Shown: positions 32,553 to 43,267 of the stretch, one piece after another | Layout: each line of letters opens with the position of its first letter | Position numbering within the stretch: position 1 is the first letter of the stretch | DNA from: Kofleriaceae bacterium | Lineage (GTDB): Bacteria; Myxococcota_A; Polyangia; Haliangiales; Haliangiaceae | Length of the DNA: 45,656 bases | NCBI GenBank assembly: GCA_046597055.1 | Contig: JBKJLC010000184.1 | Location: forward strand, 1 to 45,656 | Reading direction: 5' to 3' | Made by a program: the position numbers and the translations under genes | The notes under the pieces: model-generated | Told to the model about the DNA's origin: nothing | Seen by the model: only the letters and a program-made list of their open reading frames with translations | Databases searched by the model: none

Positions 32553-33812
32553 ATGAACCTAGTCTGGGAACCGATCATCGCGGCGATCCTCGCCATCACC
32601 AGCTTCTCGATCAAAGCGAACCCGAAGGCGCCCGCTGCCGCGGCGGTGCTCGAACATGTCGTCGACGAGGCGGATCTCGTCGTCCACGTCGACTGGCAGC
32701 CGACCGTCGCCGACAACTACGCGACGTTCACCAAGCTGCCCGATGATGCGGTGATCAAGCAGGTGCCCGAGCTCCACGACGCCATGCGCCAGGCGATCTC
32801 GCAGGTCGAGGGCGGTCGCTCCATGGCGAAGGCGATCGCCGGGCTCGACCCGGTCAACGACCTCACCTCGATGACGGGCTTCGTGAAGTTTCGGCCGGGG
32901 GGGCAGGATCCCGAGTTCCTGATCGTCGTCCGCGGCAAGTTCCCCGCCGACCTGGCCACCAAGATCGCCAGGACCGCCGGCGGCAAGGAGAGCACGGTCG
33001 ACGGGCGCGCCGCGGCCACGCTGCCCGACGGCACCATGTTCGGCGTCAGCAAGAGCGGTGCGTTCATCGGTGGCAAGGGCGCGTGGGTCCAGCCGCGGAT
33101 CAAGGACAGCTGGAAGGCGTCGGCGCGTCCCAAGGGCTCGGCGTGGGGTCGCATCGCGACCGTGCTCGACACCAAGCCGTTCATGCTGATCGCGTCCAAG
33201 CCGTCGGCCGACGCGCTCGCGCTGATGACGAAGGAGCTCGAGCCCAGCTTCGGCCGCGATCTCGTCACCGGCCACGAACTGGGGGTGTTCTCGGCGACCT
33301 CCACCGGCATCGGCTGGGTGTTCCAGGCACGCGACGCCGGGTTCGCCTCGCGCATGAAGCTCGCGTCGGAAGGCGCGATCGCGATGCTGCGCGCGGCTCA
33401 CGTCGCGCCGCGCGGCATGGCCCAGCTCGCGTTCGCCGCGCTGCCGAGCTACGCGCGCACGAGCAAGGGCCTGGACGCGGTGCTCGCGTCGAAGGACAAG
33501 CTGATGAACGCCATGTGGGACATGACGGGCGACGGGAAGTTCGACGCCAAGGTCAAGCTCGACGGCACGGTGGTCACGGTCACCACTCGCGCCAAGCGGA
33601 TCAGCGAGGTCGTGCCGGTCAGCATGGTGGTCGGCCTCGGCGCGATCGGCTTCGTGACCAGCCTCGAGAAGACCTCGTCGTCAGCGCCCGCGTCCCAGCG
33701 GTCGACCTCGGGCAGCAGCGCCAAGCCGTCCACGAGCAAGCCGGCGCCGCGTCCGAGCGGCATCGGCGGGCCGGCCAAGGCGCCCGCCAAGCCGGCGCCC
33801 CGCCCCAACTGA
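32553..33812 (+). CDS. Hypothetical envelope protein
   Basis: GGAGGAG RBS, hydrophobic N-terminus, GC3-biased codons, S/P/K-rich tail; no family recognised. Confidence 0.75.
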   Translation: MNLVWEPIIAAILAITSFSIKANPKAPAAAAVLEHVVDEADLVVHVDWQPTVADNYATFTKLPDDAVIKQVPELHDAMRQAISQVEGGRSMAKAIAGLDPVNDLTSMTGFVKFRPGGQDPEFLIVVRGKFPADLATKIARTAGGKESTVDGRAAATLPDGTMFGVSKSGAFIGGKGAWVQPRIKDSWKASARPKGSAWGRIATVLDTKPFMLIASKPSADALALMTKELEPSFGRDLVTGHELGVFSATSTGIGWVFQARDAGFASRMKLASEGAIAMLRAAHVAPRGMAQLAFAALPSYARTSKGLDAVLASKDKLMNAMWDMTGDGKFDAKVKLDGTVVTVTTRAKRISEVVPVSMVVGLGAIGFVTSLEKTSSSAPASQRSTSGSSAKPSTSKPAPRPSGIGGPAKAPAKPAPRPN

Positions 33813-33843
33813 GCCGAGCGGAGCCGAGGCAACTCGGTTCGCC

Positions 33844-34243
33844 GTGCCCTCGGAATGTGATCACCTCTCTCGATGCGATCGAACGCGCTGCTCTTTCCGA
33901 TGGCCCAGAGCCGAGCGTCCCGGTGGCCTCGAGCCGGGCGTAGCGAGGCGGCTCGGTGCCCTCGGAGTTTGATCACATCTCTCGATGTGATCGAAAGCGC
34001 TCACCCTTCCCCGGTGTCCCTGAGCCGGCGCCGAAGGCGCCGCGTCGAAGGGCAGAGCCGCAAGGAGCCATACGCCGCTCCGACCGGCTGCCCTTCGACG
34101 GCGGGCTCGCGTGCGCGCGCCCTGGCTCAGGGCCACCGGGAAGATGTGCGGGGTCCTGAGGGCCGAGCCGCAGGGTGAAGCAAGTGGTCACGACGTTCCG
34201 CCCTTCGACCGCAGGCTCGCTGCGCGAGCCCCTGGCTCAGGGC
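33844..34243. repeat. Intergenic repeat mosaic: two ~46-bp direct repeats plus REP-like palindromes
   Basis: GTGCCCTCGGA..TGATCAC.TCTCTCGATG.GATCGAA.GCGCT at 33844-33889 and 33956-34001; CCCTGAGC..GTCGAAGGG at ~34017-34052 and inverse units at ~34090-34133 and ~34200-34243. Confidence 0.8.
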
Positions 34244-34262
34244 AACCGGAACCGGCCCGCGG

Positions 34263-34802
34263 TCAGGGCGCGACGGCGATCTCGCGGATCCGCGTGAGGT
34301 CGTCGAAGTCGAGCTCGACGTCGACCTCGTGCGGGCCCGACCCGAGCGCGGCCGGCTTGGCCTCGACCACCGAGTCCTCGATCGTGATCTCGATGATCAT
34401 GTCGTCGTCGATGGTCCCGACCTCGTCGCGATCGGCGCGACGCTGGCCGACCCGGCGGTCGTACTGGAAGACCCGGGTGTCGGTCTTGCCGAACCGGCGG
34501 TCGTCCTGGCGGCGCTCGCGGTTGAGCACGCGCTTGAGCTCGGCGACCGTCTCCGGTAGCGGCTCGAGCGCCATCGCCTGGCCAGCGCACGCGAAGCACA
34601 TCGGGTGCCACGCACCGTGTAGCTCGGTCGAGCGCAGCAGCCGCCGGCGACGCTCGCTGCACACGACGCAGCGGGCGCCGAGCCCGACCGGGCGCGCGTC
34701 GACCCAGCGGGCGTAGCAGCCCCAGCAGCGCCCGCGCCGCAGCTCCTGGACGGTGGCGCCGCAGACATCGCATTCGTTGGCGTGGAAGGCGAGCGCTGGC
34801 AT
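34263..34802 (-). CDS. Hypothetical double zinc-finger protein
   Basis: Four CxxC pairs (CDVC, CWGC, CVVC, CFAC), Arg-rich ERR/DRR repeats and an acidic tail; probable ATG 34802. Confidence 0.75.
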   Translation of the reverse strand: MPALAFHANECDVCGATVQELRRGRCWGCYARWVDARPVGLGARCVVCSERRRRLLRSTELHGAWHPMCFACAGQAMALEPLPETVAELKRVLNRERRQDDRRFGKTDTRVFQYDRRVGQRRADRDEVGTIDDDMIIEITIEDSVVEAKPAALGSGPHEVDVELDFDDLTRIREIAVAP

Positions 34803-34920
34803 TGTGTCGGTGGTAGCGGCGCCACGGGGCGCGGGCAAGTTTTCGGCCAGCCCCGACGGGCTCGCGCCCGGCAACCCAGCCTGGCGCCGACCGCGAGGCC
34901 GCGTGCTAGGCTGAACGCGC

Positions 34921-35721
34921 TTGCCGTCGACGCGCGCGCTGATCCGGGCACCGTGGTCGGCCTCGAAGGTCTCGACCGCGCTGCGCTGTCCGCGCCTGTT
35001 CCACTTCCGCTACGTGGAGCGCATCCCCGAGCCCGAGGTCATGCCGGAGGCCCGCATCGGCAAGGCGATCCACACCGCGCTCGAGGGCGCGCTGCGTGGC
35101 ACCCCCGCGGCCGAGGCGGCCGCCGCGGCCCGGGTCAAGCTCACCGACGAGTACGAGCAGCGCCGGTACGACGTCCTGACCCACGGCATCGAGCCGTTCC
35201 AGCGCCGCATCGCCGAGTTCCGCGCGCGCCACCGGGTCCAGCGCTCGCTGGTCGAGTACTCGCTCGCGGTGCGCGAGGACCTGACCTCGACCCAGTTCTA
35301 CAGCGGCGACGCCTTCTACCGCGGTATCCTCGACGCGGCCTACGTCTACGGCGACGACAACCTCGCGATCGTCGACCACAAGACCGGCGTGCGCCTGCCC
35401 GGCACCACGATGCGCGACCAGATGGAGGGCTACCTGGTCCTCGCCGCGGCGTCGTTCAAGCATGCACGCCGGTTCTGGCTCGGCCTGCACTGGGTCGCCG
35501 AGCGCGCGGTCGAGTGGTCGCCCGCGGTCGACGCCGCCGAGGTCGCCGATCGGCTGTCGCCGCTCCTGCTCGACAACATCGAGGCTGCCGCGCTCGCGGT
35601 CGACGACGGTCCGCGCACCAACCCGGGCCCGTGGTGCGACCGGTGCAGCTACCGCGGCATGTGCCCGGCCAGCCACGACCAGCGCTGGGAGCCGGTCTAC
35701 TACGACGAAGACGACGACTGA
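34921..35721 (+). CDS. PD-(D/E)XK nuclease, RecB/AddB/Cas4-like with Fe-S cysteines
   Basis: SAS...CPRLF, GKAIH, E, RGILD, IVDHKTG, Q..GY and C-terminal CDRCSYRGMC. Confidence 0.88.
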   Translation: MPSTRALIRAPWSASKVSTALRCPRLFHFRYVERIPEPEVMPEARIGKAIHTALEGALRGTPAAEAAAAARVKLTDEYEQRRYDVLTHGIEPFQRRIAEFRARHRVQRSLVEYSLAVREDLTSTQFYSGDAFYRGILDAAYVYGDDNLAIVDHKTGVRLPGTTMRDQMEGYLVLAAASFKHARRFWLGLHWVAERAVEWSPAVDAAEVADRLSPLLLDNIEAAALAVDDGPRTNPGPWCDRCSYRGMCPASHDQRWEPVYYDEDDD

Positions 35722-35723
35722 CG

Positions 35724-36080
35724 TCAGGCGGGCGGCTTGGGCTCGGTCGACGCGCCACCCCGCCCGGCCCCGCGCCAGCGCAGCACCCGGTGCGGCCACG
35801 GTGGCATGCCGTCGGCGCGCTTCTTGGCCGCCGACCGCGCGGTGAGCTTGGCGATCATCTCCAGCATCGCGGCCAGGTCGGCCTCGGCCGGCTCGCCGAG
35901 CGCGGTGACCGTGGCCGAGCCCTCGTCGATCAGCACCGCGTGATACGGGAACACCGCGGTCGGGATCAGCACCCAGCCGTGGTAGTGCGCCTGGCGCCCG
36001 CCGTCGTCCTCGCGCTCGAGCTCGAGCAGGAAGCGCGCGCCTTCGCTCGGCCGCAGCCGGTCGAGCTCGCCCGGGTTCAC
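35724..36080 (-). CDS. Hypothetical protein
   Basis: GTG start overlapping the upstream stop (GTGA); GC3-biased 118-aa frame ending WPHRVLRWRG... Confidence 0.65.
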   Translation of the reverse strand: MNPGELDRLRPSEGARFLLELEREDDGGRQAHYHGWVLIPTAVFPYHAVLIDEGSATVTALGEPAEADLAAMLEMIAKLTARSAAKKRADGMPPWPHRVLRWRGAGRGGASTEPKPPA

Positions 36081-38290
36081 TCGCCGAGATCCTGGGCGAA
36101 CCGCGCCGTCACGTTGGCCGCGTTGCCCCACTGCGACTTCTTCCACTCCAGGTTGTAGGTCCGCAGCAGCCACAGCGGGTCGAGCACCGTGCGCGCGCCG
36201 ATGCCGGCCGACGCGTCGCCGGCGAGATCCTTCATCTCGTCGGGATCGGCCGCGAGGTCGAACACGCGCAGGGTGGTGCCGCCCTGGATCCGCACCTTCC
36301 ACGGCCCGATCCGCGCGCCGTGCGCGTCCTCGTACATCGACGTCATCGACATCCGCGGGTAGCCGGCGCCCACGCCGTGGGTCAGCGGGATCAGCGACTG
36401 GCCCTGCCACTCGGCGTCCATCTGCACGCCGAGGGCGTCGGCCATCGTCGGCACCACGTCGACCAGCTCGGTGCCCTCGCTGTACGTGCCGGGCTTGAGC
36501 AGCGCCGGGTAGCGCACCAGCAGCGGGACGTGGACCAGCATGTCGCGGGTCGACGAGCCGTGGCCGACCCGGCCGTCCTCCCACTGCTCGTCGCCGTGAT
36601 CGGCGGTGATGATGAGCATGGTCTGGTCCCAGATGCCGGCCTCCTCGAGCTTGGCGATCAGCTTGCCGAGCACCTCGTCCTGGTAGCTGACGTTCGAGTC
36701 GTACAGCGCGCGCACGTGCTTGATCTCGGCGTCGCTGAGCTTGGCGCCGCCGGCGGCCTTGCTGGCGTCACCGCCGGAGAACACCTCGGCGAAGCGCCCG
36801 CTGTAGCCGGGATCGTACTTCGACAGCCACGGCTCCTTGGCGCGCCACGACACGTGGGTGTCGACGGTGCCGAGGTAGAGGAACCACGGCTCCTTCTTCT
36901 GGCCGACGAACTTGAGCCCCTTCTCCAGGATGTCCTCGGCCTTGAGCCCGAGCTCCTCCTTGATGTGGTTCGAGTACGCGTCCCACGCGGTGCCGAAGCC
37001 CCAGCGCTCGGGCTGGACGTAGCCGTTGGCGCTGGCGCCCGCGACGTACTTGCCACCCGCCTTGGCGACCTCGTCGATCGTCGTCCACTTCTTGTCGAGC
37101 TTCTCCTCGCCGCCGATCATCGAGTGCTTGATCGGATACAGCGAGGACCACAGCGACGCGTGCGAGACCCGCGACTCGTTGCCCTGCACGTAGTGCTGGG
37201 TGAAGATCGCCGAGGTCTCGGCCAGCTTCTCGAACACCGGCACCTCCGGGCGCGCCTCGCGGTTCCACGGCTTGACCCGGTCGGCGCGCAGCGAGTCCAT
37301 CACGAACAGGACGACGTACTTGGGCGGCTCGCCGCGGGCCGGGGTCGCCTCGGTCCCGGGCACCACCAGCGCGGCGGTGCTCAGGCGCGCCGACGGGCAG
37401 CCGGTGCCGAGCAGCTCGAGCCGGACCGCCTTGCCGCCGAGGCTCGACAGGTCGACCGCCGAGCCGAGGCCGACCAGCTTGCCGTCGATGCCCGCACCGT
37501 CGGCCGCGGTCGCCTTGACCGTGACCTCGCAGGCGCCGTCGGCGAGGTCGCCGGTGAGCTTGCCCTTGTCGGGCACCATCACGTACCAGGCCATGCCGCC
37601 GCCCTCGGGCAGCACCAGGGCCTTGGCGGTCGCGTCGTAGAAGCTGGTGGTGCCGGCGGCCGGCGCCGCGGTGCCGCCGACCTGGATCCACTCGATCGCG
37701 ATGTCGCCCTTGCCGGCGAAGAACAGCAGCTCGTTCTCGCCCTCGCGCAGCTGGCCGGCTGGCGGCGCCAGGTCGACCGTGGTCCAGCCCTCCTCGAGCT
37801 GGCCGTTGACGTCCTTGTTGCCGTTGACGCGCACGCTGAACGCCTGCTTGGCGGCGGCGAACACCCGCACGCGGACGATCGGGTTGCCGGTCAGCTCGCC
37901 GGCGGTGAGCGGCACGTCGACCCGCGCCGACTTCCCGTTGATCCGCGCGACCTTGATGTCGCCCTCGCTCTTCCGGGTGTCCCAGGTCTTCTGCTTGATC
38001 TTCTCGGCGTTGCCGAACCGGGTGTACTTGGCGAACCCGGACGAGCCGCCGGCGAGGACCAGGCCGCCGCTGCGCAGCAGGTGGGCGCTCAGCCGGTTGT
38101 CGACCAGCGAGTAGACGCTCCGCTCGGGCCCGCGGGCCGGCGCCTTGACGGGATCCTTGGTCTTGACGGCCGTGGCGGTGCCGGCGCCGGGCTCGGTCGG
38201 CCCGGGCTTGCCCTGGTCGGTGCTGCCGCTGCCCTTGCCGCAGGCGGCCAGGGCGAGCGCGACCGCGATCGCGGGATACTTCGAGGTCAT
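36077..38290 (-). CDS. Sulfatase-like (alkaline phosphatase superfamily) lipoprotein
   Basis: Lipobox LAAC; VVLFVMDSLRAD, SHASLWSSLYP, DTH, LYD, ITADHG, HVPLL, DLAADPDE motifs. Confidence 0.88.
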   Translation of the reverse strand: MTSKYPAIAVALALAACGKGSGSTDQGKPGPTEPGAGTATAVKTKDPVKAPARGPERSVYSLVDNRLSAHLLRSGGLVLAGGSSGFAKYTRFGNAEKIKQKTWDTRKSEGDIKVARINGKSARVDVPLTAGELTGNPIVRVRVFAAAKQAFSVRVNGNKDVNGQLEEGWTTVDLAPPAGQLREGENELLFFAGKGDIAIEWIQVGGTAAPAAGTTSFYDATAKALVLPEGGGMAWYVMVPDKGKLTGDLADGACEVTVKATAADGAGIDGKLVGLGSAVDLSSLGGKAVRLELLGTGCPSARLSTAALVVPGTEATPARGEPPKYVVLFVMDSLRADRVKPWNREARPEVPVFEKLAETSAIFTQHYVQGNESRVSHASLWSSLYPIKHSMIGGEEKLDKKWTTIDEVAKAGGKYVAGASANGYVQPERWGFGTAWDAYSNHIKEELGLKAEDILEKGLKFVGQKKEPWFLYLGTVDTHVSWRAKEPWLSKYDPGYSGRFAEVFSGGDASKAAGGAKLSDAEIKHVRALYDSNVSYQDEVLGKLIAKLEEAGIWDQTMLIITADHGDEQWEDGRVGHGSSTRDMLVHVPLLVRYPALLKPGTYSEGTELVDVVPTMADALGVQMDAEWQGQSLIPLTHGVGAGYPRMSMTSMYEDAHGARIGPWKVRIQGGTTLRVFDLAADPDEMKDLAGDASAGIGARTVLDPLWLLRTYNLEWKKSQWGNAANVTARFAQDLGE

Positions 38291-38389
38291 CGGAAAAGCC
38301 TATGCATGGGCGGGAAGCCGGGGGCAAGTAATGGACGGCCCGGCGCCCGTCTTCACGGGTGAGGCCCGGGCCCCGACCGGCCGGCGCCG

Positions 38390-39157
38390 CTACGGTCCGG
38401 TGATCCGCCAGCCGTGGCTGTACACGTTCATCCGGCTGCCCCGGACGAAGCCGCACACCGCCACCCCGAACCGCTCGGCGACGTCGATCGCGAGCCGGCT
38501 GGGCGCCGACACCGCGACCACGATCGGCGCGCCGGCGAGCACGACCTTCTCGATCAGCTCGTAGCCGAGCCGCCCGGAGACCACGAGCACGTGGTCGACC
38601 AGCGGCAGGAGGTCCTCGCCGATCGCGCGGCCGATCACCTTGTCGAGCGCGTTGTGACGCCCGACGTCCTCGCGCACCGCGAGCCGCGCACCGGCGCGGT
38701 CGAACAGCCCGGCCGCGTGCAGGCCGCCGGTCGCGGCGAACTGGGTCTGGGCCGCGCGCAGCGCGTCGGGGAGCGCGGCCAGGACCGCCGCGTCGACCAC
38801 CAGATCCGATCGCACCGCGGTGGCCCGACCCTCGAGGGCCGCGATCGCGACCCGGCCGCACACGCCACACGCCGCGGTCGCCATGAACGAGCGCGCCGGC
38901 AGCAGCTCGGGCGCCGCATCGACGTCAACCTGATCGGCGCCGGCCTGGACCAGCGCGCACCCGGCCAGCGCGGCCCCGCCCTCGGCATGGAGCAGCCCGC
39001 GGACCAGCTCCAGATCTTCGCCGGGGGTCCGCATCAGCACCGCTACCTCGCGGCCGCGGGCGGTGAGGGTCAGCGGCGCCTCGTCGACGACCTGGTCGCG
39101 CTCGGCGCGCCGGGTCCCGGCGGCGAGGTCGATTCGCTCGACGAGCTTGTTCCGCAC
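38390..39157 (-). CDS. fdhD: Formate dehydrogenase accessory sulfurtransferase
   Basis: E.PL, MRTPG, ACGVCG, TGGLHAA, REDVGRHNALDK, SGR, SAPS motifs. Confidence 0.94.
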   Translation of the reverse strand: MRNKLVERIDLAAGTRRAERDQVVDEAPLTLTARGREVAVLMRTPGEDLELVRGLLHAEGGAALAGCALVQAGADQVDVDAAPELLPARSFMATAACGVCGRVAIAALEGRATAVRSDLVVDAAVLAALPDALRAAQTQFAATGGLHAAGLFDRAGARLAVREDVGRHNALDKVIGRAIGEDLLPLVDHVLVVSGRLGYELIEKVVLAGAPIVVAVSAPSRLAIDVAERFGVAVCGFVRGSRMNVYSHGWRITGP

Positions 39158-39244
39158 CCCACCTTATATATTGAAGCGCGCGGGCCGGCGACCGCGGCCC
39201 GGCGGCGTTGACTTCGCCCCCCCTTCTGTCCGAGTTTCGGACCG

Positions 39245-40543
<1,299 letters not shown>

Positions 40544-40624
40544 GCAAACCGGGCTGTACTAACCGGGCTGCGGCCGCGATCTGCGTCGTTGCCGGTTCCC
40601 CCCAACTTCGTCACGACCAGACGG

Positions 40625-40659
40625 CCCTTCGACGCGGCGCTTCGCGCCCTGCTCAGGGA
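40625..40659. repeat. REP-like palindrome
   Basis: CCCTTCGAC-GCGGCGCTTCGCGCCCT-GCTCAGGG, same family as the units at ~10.1 and ~34.1 kb. Confidence 0.7.
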
Positions 40660-41027
40660 TGCCGGTCTTCTCGGGGCCCCACCGTCGCCTCGCAGCTCGC
40701 GTTCCTCGCCTCGGGTTGCGCGGGGAGCCTCCCCACGCCCGTGGCACCCGCAGACGGTGAGCGGGACGCGGCTGGGCCCGTCAGGTCGCGTCGTCGCCCG
40801 CGTGTGGGCTCTCTGTCGAAGACGCCACGCGCCCGGCGCGCCGCGCGCGAGCGCTCGTACTCGCCGCCCCCGCTCGAAAGTAGCGCCATGGCTGACTATT
40901 TCCTTTCCGTCCGGGAGACAGCGGCAGGTCGAGGCGGGTCGCTCGAACGCCCACGCGGTCGCACGCGTCAGGTCTGGAAGGGAGGTGGCCCCGATGGCCT
41001 TCTTGCGCTGCTCTCACCGATGGGTCA

Positions 41028-41285
41028 TCAACGCGTCCAGAGGTGTCTCTCGATGTACCCGCCGATGGCGTCAGCCTTTTGGTGCGGAACGAGCGCCACG
41101 CGCTCCGCACTCTTGCAGCGAGGGCATGCTCCGCTCGGCGGTCCAACCAGCAGCCCAGGGAACATGAAGTCATCTCCGCAGTCGACTTGATGCGTGTGAC
41201 GACCGTCTCGTTGAAGTTCGACCCACTCAGGGGAGAGGTCGGCACGACGCAATCCGCACCGCATGCATATGGGATACAGCGTCAT
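41028..41285 (-). CDS. Possible small zinc-ribbon protein
   Basis: CMRC and CPRC pairs in an 85-aa frame within an atypical-composition patch; may be spurious. Confidence 0.35.
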   Translation of the reverse strand: MTLYPICMRCGLRRADLSPEWVELQRDGRHTHQVDCGDDFMFPGLLVGPPSGACPRCKSAERVALVPHQKADAIGGYIERHLWTR

Positions 41286-41359
41286 GGGGACTCCGGGGTA
41301 CACGAGGACTCACAACACACAGAGACGATCGGGACCGCAGAGGTCCTCGACAAGCACGA

Positions 41360-41826
41360 ACGCGCCGGGGCGTCGAAGCCCGCCACCAGGTCGAGGTCGG
41401 GGACGTAGCCCTGGTAGCGCCGGTCCTTCTGCAGGGCCGCGGCGAGGGCGGCGTAGTTGTCCTCGCGGACGTAGCGCAGGATCTCGTCGTCGCTCCGCCG
41501 CGAGGTCGCGGCGGCGGTCCACGAGGAGGTTGGTCCAGTAGATGGTGAGCGCCGGCCCGGAGAACGCGTAGGCGGCCTGCAGATCGAGATCGAGGAGCGT
41601 GTTGGGGTGCAGCCCGCTGGTGTGGCAGACCCAGCACGGGTTGGCCGTGCCGTCGGTCTTCGTGTAACACGGCGGCGGCACCGGCGCGTCCTGGTTGGCG
41701 CGTGCCGATGCTGGCGAGCGCGACGCCGAGGAGATTGTAAGGCCCCGGCGGCGGCGTGGTCTGACTGACGCAAGCCGCCAGCAGCGTCGCGCCGGCCACG
41801 AGCGGCAGCACGTGGCTCGACGTCAT
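41360..41826 (-). pseudogene. Frameshifted, truncated CxxCH (heme c) lipoprotein
   Basis: Three consecutive frames join into one protein: lipobox LLAAC, then PCYTKTDGTANPCWVCH...WTNLLVDR, then SDDEILRYVREDNY...YVPDLD. Confidence 0.7.
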
Positions 41827-41845
41827 GACGTGACCCATGGCGGGC

Positions 41846-42220
41846 CTACCGGGGCGGCCACAGGCTGGGACGCGCCTCGCCCGGGTGCTGCGCGCTGAAG
41901 AACAGCGTGGTCATGTCGGAGTTGAAGAAGGGCCCGGTCGCCTCGGTGTCGCTCGGACCCTGCAGGATCCGGAACGGCCGCCCGGAGGCCGGGGTCGCGC
42001 CGCCCTTGTGATGGCGATTCAAGTCGATGTAGTAGGACGCGTCGGGTCGCTGGGTCGCGCCGACGTTGCCATCGGTGCCGAAACCACACGCCGCCCGACG
42101 TTCCCGCCGAGCTGGTCGGCGATCTGGGTGGTGGCTCGGGCCGTCGGGTCGCGTCGTCGCCTGGGGTGGGTCTCGGCGGTCGCGGTGAATCGCTCGCGAT
42201 CTCGATGTGTTGCCTCGATG
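41846..42220 (-). pseudogene. phoX: C-terminal remnant of PhoX alkaline phosphatase
   Basis: EATGPFFNSDMTTLFFSAQHPGE matches the PhoX C-terminal motif; GGVWF and GTDGN are split by a frameshift near 42082; no 5' part present. Confidence 0.7.
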
Positions 42221-42364
42221 ACGACCGGTGAGCGCAGCGCATCTCGGCCCCCGGCCGTCGTCGGCTCCGGCCGGCGTGGATGGAGTTGCGGCGGGTCCGG
42301 CATCTTCGATCCTCGTTGCCCGGGAGGTTGGACGCGGCGGGGACGCGGCGTTATCGTGCGCGCG

Positions 42365-43114
42365 ATGCGCTGGTCCGTCCTGCTTCCCACCGCCGCCCTG
42401 TCCCTGATCACCGCCTGCAACGCCGCCGAGAAAGGTCGCGCCGAGGCCCGGTCCGAGGCTGCGGCCGAGGCCAAGAAGGCCGCCGCGCTGGTGAAGCCGG
42501 TCGAGAAGGTCAAGGCGACCGTTCCCCAGGGCGTGCAGGTCCCGTGCACGCAGCTGATCGATCCGGCCGCGTTCACCACCGCGCTCGGCGAGACCGAGCC
42601 GCTGACCGTGCGTGACTCGACCGGCACGATGCTCGACTCGACCGCCTCGTGCACGCTGATCCGCGGCGGTGCGCGCCCGGATGCCAAGGCCCAGCAGAAG
42701 ATCATCGAGAAGACCGGCCGGCTCGGGACCATCCCCGGCGACCCGGTCTGCGTCGTGACCCTCTACTGCTGGGTCGTCGAGGACACCGAGAAGTTCAAGG
42801 AGCGCTGCCGCACCGCCCCCGACCAGCCCGGCACCAAGCTCGGCGACGACAGCGCCACCGGCGGCTGGGCCTGCCGCGAGACGCTGCCGCAGGGGACCTT
42901 CGACGTCGACACGTTCCGGTTCCTCGACACCGACACCAAGTGCCTCTTCCAGATCGGCGGCGGCCCCAGCATGACCGACAACGACCTGGTCGCGACCTGC
43001 GCCCGCACCGCGCGCGAGTCGATCGCCCCCGAGCACTTCAAGCCGGGCGCGACCGCGCGCTACTCGGTCGACGCGCCCGCCGACGCGACCGGCACTGGCA
43101 CCGCAACGCCGTAG
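42365..43114 (+). CDS. Hypothetical Cys-rich lipoprotein
   Basis: MRWSVLLPTAALSLITA-C lipobox; TGGACG-N17-TATCGT promoter 7 nt before ATG. Confidence 0.8.
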   Translation: MRWSVLLPTAALSLITACNAAEKGRAEARSEAAAEAKKAAALVKPVEKVKATVPQGVQVPCTQLIDPAAFTTALGETEPLTVRDSTGTMLDSTASCTLIRGGARPDAKAQQKIIEKTGRLGTIPGDPVCVVTLYCWVVEDTEKFKERCRTAPDQPGTKLGDDSATGGWACRETLPQGTFDVDTFRFLDTDTKCLFQIGGGPSMTDNDLVATCARTARESIAPEHFKPGATARYSVDAPADATGTGTATP

Positions 43115-43267
43115 CCCGCCCCCTTCGAGCTGGCGCATCGCGTCGCCCCGGTCTTCGATCGGGACGACGGAAGATCGAGTGATCGAGGTGTATGGGGCCG
43201 GGCCGCACGCGATTGGGGCCGGGCCTGAAGCCCGACGGCGGTCAGGATCGCATCCTCGACGCGGGCG

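Noticed and set aside
33844..35721. Possible CRISPR mini-array with Cas4
   Set aside because: Only two imperfect 46-bp repeats with a 66-bp gap, embedded in REP-like DNA; no cas1/cas2 or effector genes.
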